Below are positions 17,666-23,829 of a stretch of 23,829 nucleotides of DNA, one piece after another. The number at the start of each line of letters is the position of its first letter. Position 1 is the stretch's first letter. Under the pieces are notes generated by a model that made no database searches, was not told where the DNA came from, and saw only the letters and a list, made by a program, of their open reading frames with translations. The stretch is from assembly GCA_037142195.1 (NCBI GenBank), contig JBAXBA010000055.1:1-23829 (forward strand). The letters are read 5' to 3'. This DNA comes from Pseudomonadota bacterium. GTDB lineage: Bacteria; Bdellovibrionota_B; Oligoflexia; Oligoflexales; CAIMVM01. The position numbers and the translations under genes are program-made.

Positions 17666-20416
17666 ATGAGTGCTGCAAACAATTCATTACGTAAACGCAT
17701 GTTGTTAGGTCTAATCGGCCTATTAGGTGCGCTGATGGGATTGGTGGCTCTTATCTTGTTTGCAGTTACTAGTGTTGGTAGCAAGGTCGAAGAAATAAGC
17801 AGCAAGGATCTCAAAATTCTGCTTGTTGCAAGAGAGAACCAAGACTCCTTTGTCCAAGCGGCAGGTGCACTTGAAGTCTCCGTCTCAACGGGTGAGCCAT
17901 CCTTGTTTGATGAAAAAGAATCAAACTTTGACATAATATTGAAAAATCTCGATCTTTTCGAAGGAATTTATCAGCCGCTGCTGAATACAGACAAGGAAGA
18001 ATTCAAAAAGAAAATCATACACTTTAAAGAGTATGCTAAGCGCTATAACACCCTCTCTTTTTCGTCACCCTCTCAAGGCGAACTCCTTTCCGTAGGGGCT
18101 AAGCTTGCGGACGAGCGTAGATTCATTGAAGACACCTTGACTCAAACCTTTATTCGCTCCCGTGAAAAAGTTGAAAACGAATTGAGTAGCCTTGGTGAGC
18201 GTTCCCGTATCGTCTTGGCCATCTCAATTGCCTTTGCACTTGCTATCGCTACCCTAACTACAGTGATGCTCTTCCGGGGCACGAATAAGTTTCTAAGACG
18301 TTTGACTAGGCTCACCAAACACTTTTCTCAAACAAATCTAGAACAGATTGAAATACTTTCTCCAGACGACCAAGGTGACGAACTAGCCGCTTTGCTCAAT
18401 GTTTCCAATGGCATGCTTTCCAATATGAAGAAAGCAAAGTCGGAACTGATCAGCTTCCAATTTGTGGAAGCCGTGTTTGATTCTCTCGTAGAAGCGGTCG
18501 CGGTGGTGAGAACCAAAGACCAAAGTCTATTACTGACTAACGCGGCTCTTCATAGAATGCTTGGCATCCAGGGAAAGTCCGTATCCCATGACTCCGACCA
18601 AGACCTGTGTGCTCTGATGGTTCAATCTGGAATGGCAGTGGACCGCGAAATGCTTTCAAAGCTTTTAGTAGCAGGGGAAAGCATCCAACTCAATCGGGGT
18701 CAGGCCTCTGAACAAAGGACCTATTTAGGCACCAGTTTGCTCACTAAGCTCAACAGTGAAGAAGTAGCTATAGCCACATTTTCAGATGTCACCGACCTCG
18801 TCCGTGCTCAACGCGAAAAACATGACATTGAATTGCAACTCTTTCATGCCTCCAAGCTTTCCTCACTTGGCACTATGGGGGCTGGCTTAGCTCATGAGTT
18901 AAACAACCCGCTATCTAGTGTTATTGGCTTTGCTACCATGATTCAAACAAAAGAATTGAGCAAGGAAAGACAACTGGAAGTGATTGCTGGCATTCTACGA
19001 AATGCCGACCGCATGAAAAAAGTCATTAACCATATGCGTAGCTTTGCCAGAAATACGCGCTCGGAAACAAGCACTTTGACCAAGATTGAAGATCCGATCG
19101 ACAATGCCTTTATGATTCTAGAAACACAACTCAAAACCAATAACATCTCATGGAAAATTATCCGTACAAAAGATGAGCTCTTTTTTAATGGAGATCCTAC
19201 GGAGTTTGAGAGTGTCATCCAAAATCTGATCTCAAACAGTCGCGACGCTTTTTTGAGTCAAGCCACCAACCTACCCACTGACGGGCGCAAGATTCAGCTC
19301 GTTATCGAGCAGCTATTAGAAAAAAATGGCGATGAGCAGATTCACATCCGATACACAGACAATGCGGGAGGAATCCCCAAAGCCATAATGGAAAAGATAT
19401 TTGAGCCCTTCTTTACCACCAAAGAAGTTGGCAAGGGCACAGGCATTGGACTTGCCATAGCTCAACGTATCGTTCAAGAAAACTTGGGAACTATTTCTGT
19501 TAGCAGTCCTCGAATAGGCGAAACTCAATTTGACATTAGCATTCCCTTGGCAAAAAAAGAGGACCGAGAACATTCTTCACTAAATCAAATACAGCCTGAA
19601 ATAGCTGCCACTCCCTCAACGAATCCACCCGAATCTCGAGCTCCCTTAGGTGCACCCCTTAAGAAATACACCGTTGCCTGTGTCGACGATGAACCAGACT
19701 TGCTGGAACTGCTTAGCGAAATTCTATCGGACTATTTCCATGTCCGCGCTCATCTGTCCTCGCGGGAGTTTGTGGATGCTGTTCTAGCGGATCCCCCAGA
19801 CATTGTCCTAAGTGACATGAGAATGCCGGGATTAAATGGACTTGAGGTCATTGGCAACATCCGTAAGAAGTATCCAAATCTTCCGGCACTCATTGTCAGT
19901 GGACATGCTGGTTCCGATCAGGACAGTAACCGAGCTTTTGCCGCGGGAGCTCAGGCCGTGTTGCCCAAGCCCCTTCCGGACGGGGAAATCCTATATGAAT
20001 GCTTGCTGACTTACATTAATGCTGGAACAAAGCCTGTGGTCAGTATCTTTGGGTTCCCAAACCGTCAAAACGAAGCCCTAGTCAAAGACCTTGAAAGTGA
20101 CTTCACTCCCAGAATCTACGAACAAAAACACGTTTTTGCACGTCAATTGATGATAGACTTTCCAAGAATTGTCCTATTGAGCGTCTCAGATGACCTTAGC
20201 TGGATTAAAGATGCGATGCCGTCGCTAAAGAGCAATCTTGCTGCGACCCAAGTGTTTGCAGTGCAAGAGTCTACCCTCTCTCCTGCATCTCGCAGTCAGC
20301 TTATGAATTGGGGAATAGAGCTCGTGAGCGAAGGCGACTTTCCTACATCTGCTAAATTGCATGCTTGCATTGCTGATCAGTTAACAAAAGTATCAAATCT
20401 GCCAAAATCCGCATAG
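17666..20416 (+). CDS. Membrane hybrid sensor histidine kinase (TM-sensor-TM-HAMP-PAS-HisKA-HATPase-REC plus degenerate REC-like domain); ORF track opens at 17654
   Basis: Two TM helices; H-box AHELNNPL; N-box [10 protein letters not shown]1 [17 protein letters not shown]2 GKGTGIGL; receiver VDDEPD..SDMRMPG..SGH..KP. GGAG SD upstream of ATG 17666. Confidence 0.93.
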   Translation: MSAANNSLRKRMLLGLIGLLGALMGLVALILFAVTSVGSKVEEISSKDLKILLVARENQDSFVQAAGALEVSVSTGEPSLFDEKESNFDIILKNLDLFEGIYQPLLNTDKEEFKKKIIHFKEYAKRYNTLSFSSPSQGELLSVGAKLADERRFIEDTLTQTFIRSREKVENELSSLGERSRIVLAISIAFALAIATLTTVMLFRGTNKFLRRLTRLTKHFSQTNLEQIEILSPDDQGDELAALLNVSNGMLSNMKKAKSELISFQFVEAVFDSLVEAVAVVRTKDQSLLLTNAALHRMLGIQGKSVSHDSDQDLCALMVQSGMAVDREMLSKLLVAGESIQLNRGQASEQRTYLGTSLLTKLNSEEVAIATFSDVTDLVRAQREKHDIELQLFHASKLSSLGTMGAGLAHELNNPLSSVIGFATMIQTKELSKERQLEVIAGILRNADRMKKVINHMRSFARNTRSETSTLTKIEDPIDNAFMILETQLKTNNISWKIIRTKDELFFNGDPTEFESVIQNLISNSRDAFLSQATNLPTDGRKIQLVIEQLLEKNGDEQIHIRYTDNAGGIPKAIMEKIFEPFFTTKEVGKGTGIGLAIAQRIVQENLGTISVSSPRIGETQFDISIPLAKKEDREHSSLNQIQPEIAATPSTNPPESRAPLGAPLKKYTVACVDDEPDLLELLSEILSDYFHVRAHLSSREFVDAVLADPPDIVLSDMRMPGLNGLEVIGNIRKKYPNLPALIVSGHAGSDQDSNRAFAAGAQAVLPKPLPDGEILYECLLTYINAGTKPVVSIFGFPNRQNEALVKDLESDFTPRIYEQKHVFARQLMIDFPRIVLLSVSDDLSWIKDAMPSLKSNLAATQVFAVQESTLSPASRSQLMNWGIELVSEGDFPTSAKLHACIADQLTKVSNLPKSA

Positions 20417-20457
20417 GCACGAGGCACATCTGGTTGTGATGAAGTTTCCAGATGGAA

Positions 20458-20997
20458 TCAGCGACTTCCATCGCCCTTATAAAGCACCTTCAAGCCATCT
20501 TTGACAGATGCTTCATTCAAATAACCTAAGGATCCGTGATTACGGCTGAGATAGTTTATCATTTCTTCAGTTGTTTCCACGACAATGGGTGGCTTGAGAC
20601 GGCCCGTTAGAACTTTAAGGTTCCAATAAGCTCTAAGCTGCTTCACACTTTTTCCCAAAACCTTATCCGCAAACTCAATGGCATCAGCGGAAGAATCGGG
20701 TAGAAAAACAGGAACAAATGCTTGCTGGCCAGGACCAGCAACGCGCTTTTGAAGAAAAATGGCCTCAGCTTCTTCTTTGGTTAGTTTGGACATATTAAAG
20801 TCAATGGCTGCCACGACTACAAGAGACGCTCGCGATGCTTCGCCGCCCATAGCTTTTTCAGGAATCATGGTGCCGAAGCAAATAGGCAAAAAGAGATGCA
20901 AAGAGAGATGCAAAGAGAGATGCAAAAAGAGGACAAGAGTGAATGATATCCATCTTGGCATCCCCATAAGCTTCCATGTGTTGTTTTCTGATTTCAT
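20458..20997 (-). CDS. Small periplasmic-binding-protein-like protein (family usually annotated 'phosphate ABC transporter substrate-binding protein')
   Basis: LVVV...LTKEEAEAIFL...F...VLGKS..QLRAYW...TGR.KPP....EEMINYL....GSLGY pattern, hydrophobic N-terminus, 16 bp downstream of the porin gene. Confidence 0.8.
   Translation of the reverse strand: MKSENNTWKLMGMPRWISFTLVLFLHLSLHLSLHLFLPICFGTMIPEKAMGGEASRASLVVVAAIDFNMSKLTKEEAEAIFLQKRVAGPGQQAFVPVFLPDSSADAIEFADKVLGKSVKQLRAYWNLKVLTGRLKPPIVVETTEEMINYLSRNHGSLGYLNEASVKDGLKVLYKGDGSR
20886..20931. repeat. In-frame 12-bp tandem repeat (GCAAAGAGAGAT, about 3.8 copies) encoding LHLS/LHLF in the signal region
   Basis: Units start at 20886, 20898, 20910 and 20922. 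The protein reads LFLHLSLHLSLHLFL. Confidence 0.85.
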
Positions 20998-21013
20998 GTG
21001 TTAAAGTCCCTTG

Positions 21014-22210
21014 TTAAAACAAAAAATCAATACTTGCTTGTATCAGGTTAGCCGAACGAATACCTAAGTCTTTAGAACCCGATAGCGCTTTCTCAAGTGG
21101 CAATGCTGAAAGGCCGTAATTTTTATTGTCCATAACAACATGTGTTGCCTGAAACTTGACCGCGACTTCATCTGTTGCCAGCCACAATAACCCTCCCCCA
21201 TATCGAGTGTGGGATTTAAAAAACAGAGAGTCTTTATCAGCTTTTAGAATGACCCCTAGTGCGTAGGGTTGTAAACTGCCCATCTCGTAGCCCACGTGAA
21301 GGTACCCGGTGGTTCCAGAAATGACCGCTGAATCAGCAATGATCGATCTTCCCACAGCTGCTTGCAGTACAGGATCATTAGGATTTTGCGGATCCGCCTC
21401 AGCGCGTGCTTTGGCAGCTCCTATGCGCGCCTTTTCCCGTTCAGCCGACGTAGCACTCGCTCTCATGCGGCCTATCTCAGATATCAAAACTACCGGACCC
21501 AATTGGGACTTAATGCTCGAAGTAAGATAGAAGGCTCTTACGGGAGTCATTAGCAAAGGGGTTAGTTCAAGCTTAAGCTGCTCTGAGATGAGCCCCGAAA
21601 AGATCCACTTAAAATCGTCACGCTGGTAGGTTATGGTGCCCGCTGTTGCAATATCAGACTTCACCTTAGTCCCCAGATATTCCGCATCGATGGAGCCCAT
21701 TTGGAGATCTAGGGTATATCCTCCCACAGAAGTATCTATAGAATACTCTGCGGATACGCCATACATACTCGTGAGAGGGTTGATCCGATAGACGTCTGCG
21801 GGGAGCTCTGGCCATGGATACGTATACCCAATCGATTTTGTTTCCGAATAGAGCCAATTGGCGAATCGCGTCTTTCCCATGCGAATAATAATGGAATCCG
21901 ATGCGCGCCAATTGACGAAGTACCACGAAGCGTCCATTTGGTTCGGCTGCGCTAAAATTTCCGCAAAAAAACTCAACTGCCTATCGTCTGTTACAGAAAT
22001 ATTTAAGCCGAATCGACTCATGTCGGACACATTTGTTCCCGAGTCAATATCAGCATAGGGATACTTGCCATCAAAGGTACCCATACCCAAACTACCAAAG
22101 TAACGGAACTGCTGTCTGTACTCAGCAAAAGCTGAACTGCCACAGAAACCAAGGGGTAATAGCAAGCCCCCCAAAGTAAGAATAGGTTGTTTTTTCAAGA
22201 GTCGTAACAC
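21014..22210 (-). CDS. Outer-membrane beta-barrel/porin-like protein
   Basis: GTG start with GGGGG SD; signal peptide ending AFA; SRFGLN, IRMGK.R, GYTYPW...P..VY motifs of the porin family found beside the small PBP; amphipathic strands; C-terminal Phe (DFLF). Confidence 0.8.
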   Translation of the reverse strand: MLRLLKKQPILTLGGLLLPLGFCGSSAFAEYRQQFRYFGSLGMGTFDGKYPYADIDSGTNVSDMSRFGLNISVTDDRQLSFFAEILAQPNQMDASWYFVNWRASDSIIIRMGKTRFANWLYSETKSIGYTYPWPELPADVYRINPLTSMYGVSAEYSIDTSVGGYTLDLQMGSIDAEYLGTKVKSDIATAGTITYQRDDFKWIFSGLISEQLKLELTPLLMTPVRAFYLTSSIKSQLGPVVLISEIGRMRASATSAEREKARIGAAKARAEADPQNPNDPVLQAAVGRSIIADSAVISGTTGYLHVGYEMGSLQPYALGVILKADKDSLFFKSHTRYGGGLLWLATDEVAVKFQATHVVMDNKNYGLSALPLEKALSGSKDLGIRSANLIQASIDFLF

Positions 22211-22279
22211 TTTTTACCCCCAAAAAGTGGAATTCAGATTGCACAGGTTCTGTTAAAGAAGTTAGTGCTCGATTTGACT

Positions 22280-22305
22280 CAGAGATTCCTATCCAAGAAT
22301 CTCTG
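22280..22305. promoter_or_regulatory. Perfect 9-bp inverted repeat upstream of the porin operon (candidate operator or hairpin)
   Basis: CAGAGATTC-N8-GAATCTCTG, about 70 bp upstream of the porin start, no adjacent U tract. Confidence 0.45.
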
Positions 22306-22588
22306 CAATGCAAAAAATCTGTTCGCCTGTGAATAGGATTTTAATGCAAGGCCGCTAGAGAAATCAACTTTATTTTCAAATAACTACCCTCGACAGATAT
22401 TCCAAACAGCTCATGCATCCGCCAAAAGCTGACTCCAAGAGAAACCATAAAATCTTTTGCTCTTAAATTGACTGAAATGCATCATCCCATTTGCTAGACC
22501 TGCTCAACTTAAATGTTAAGCCTTAGCCTTTCGACTGCGCTCAGCGATCGCACCCTCACAGAAATCTTGAGTCTAGATGCTTCACAAC

Positions 22589-23665
22589 CTATCTAGATGC
22601 CTTTGTTAAATCCACAATTTGATCTGCACTTGAAGCAATCACAAGGCGCTTATTAAGAAAAATGGCCATTTGCTGAGCGATATGGTTGAACTTCGCAAGG
22701 GAATTGTTTTTCTTTATGATCTCTGCGGCCTCAGGAGCCATAAAACAGCTTTCAAAGGCAGTCCGATCTACACCAGAATCTGTGACAACCTCGTTGAGAA
22801 TGGACTTATTGTCTGGTCCATTGGGGGCAATCTTCATGGCTACAAGATAGCTTGCCTTGATCCATGCGGACGTTTTTTCAGCTCCCTGCTTAGAAGCACA
22901 AATCGAGCCTTTTGCTAAATCAAAACCAAGATCGCCTTCAGTTTCCGAGTATGCCATATGCACAATATTTACATTCTCAGACATTTTATCTAAGTGAGAT
23001 AGCAAGGACAAATAAGACTGACGACACTGGATACAAGAAAAGTCGCTTAGAAGTGTCAATGTGGAGTTCGTCTTCACCTTAGAAGGAATTACGGGTTGGT
23101 TTTCAACTTGGACTTCCACTCTGGGGCCACAAGGCGCAGGCAATAGATTGACTAAGGCTCCACTATTTTTGATAGAGCCCAACTTAGAGTCAGCCAAAGA
23201 TTGAATCTCCGTTTCCGCCAAATGCACCCTAATTTGGGGAGCCATAGATTCCAAGGTACTTGCAGCAGGAAAAGACTTTTTGTTCTGCTCATAGAATTCC
23301 TTGACCTTGCTTTCAGGAACCCACTCGGCCCCAAAGATCTCCTGGAATGTGGGGATTCTGTTATCTGACAGATCCATACCCTTTTCCTTCGCCAATACCA
23401 TGCGAAGTGCCGTCTGTTCGATGGACCTCACGCTCTGATCATAGGAGCTTTGAGACTTTTTAAGCAAATCCACCTGGTCCGGCAAGGGCAGATCGCTCAA
23501 ATAGAAAGTCTTTCCTTGAAAAGAAAATACGGGATTTTTCGGAACTTTAGCATCATTTTTGTAGCATTGAGCATTGTCCATAAGTTTAGTCGCTCGAAGC
23601 GTCGAGGCAAAGTAACCAAGTGCTGCGCCAACAGCTAGGCACAGAGTCATATTTAAAAGTTTCAT
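22589..23665 (-). CDS. Membrane-anchored DsbA/thioredoxin-fold protein with N-terminal helical domain (ORF track opens at GTG 23671)
   Basis: SDFSCIQC active-site motif, A..SICASKQG and GVDRTAFESC helical-insert patterns, N-terminal TM. AGGAG SD 5 nt before ATG 23665. Confidence 0.8.
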   Translation of the reverse strand: MKLLNMTLCLAVGAALGYFASTLRATKLMDNAQCYKNDAKVPKNPVFSFQGKTFYLSDLPLPDQVDLLKKSQSSYDQSVRSIEQTALRMVLAKEKGMDLSDNRIPTFQEIFGAEWVPESKVKEFYEQNKKSFPAASTLESMAPQIRVHLAETEIQSLADSKLGSIKNSGALVNLLPAPCGPRVEVQVENQPVIPSKVKTNSTLTLLSDFSCIQCRQSYLSLLSHLDKMSENVNIVHMAYSETEGDLGFDLAKGSICASKQGAEKTSAWIKASYLVAMKIAPNGPDNKSILNEVVTDSGVDRTAFESCFMAPEAAEIIKKNNSLAKFNHIAQQMAIFLNKRLVIASSADQIVDLTKASR

Positions 23666-23829
23666 GAGCACTCCTAGGAATTTATATTCTTAAGCCTACA
23701 TTTTAGCCGATCTTAAGTAAATTTACTAACAGCAGAGCTAGTTTGCTTTAAGCTGCCCTGAGGGAGCCCATCTAGGGCTGCGGCAGTTAGCCAAAAACTT
23801 ACGCAATCTTGATCATTTGCCTTTTAACT

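Noticed and set aside
20458..20997. True PstS phosphate transporter
   Set aside because: About half the length of PstS and no pstCAB/phoU nearby.

Overview
Gene-dense, moderately AT-rich bacterial chromosomal window with no phage, IS, CRISPR, rRNA or tRNA that I can support. The gene content suggests Bdellovibrionota (Oligoflexia) or a deltaproteobacteria-like organism, which is an inference only. In order: two exported GH13 glycosidases, a hypothetical protein, a (CCTCAAT)8 microsatellite, parE-parC, a MerR/B12-binding (CarH/LitR-like) regulator with altered cobalamin motifs, a five-domain S1 protein, a GNAT/FemAB-like domain fused to a Wzx/MOP flippase, a lipoprotein, a hybrid histidine kinase convergent on a porin plus small PBP-like operon, and a DsbA-like protein lacking the cis-Pro motif. 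The best novelty candidates are the acyltransferase-flippase fusion, the porin/PBP/kinase module and the divergent B12 regulator. All protein calls come from motif recognition by eye; no database searches were run.
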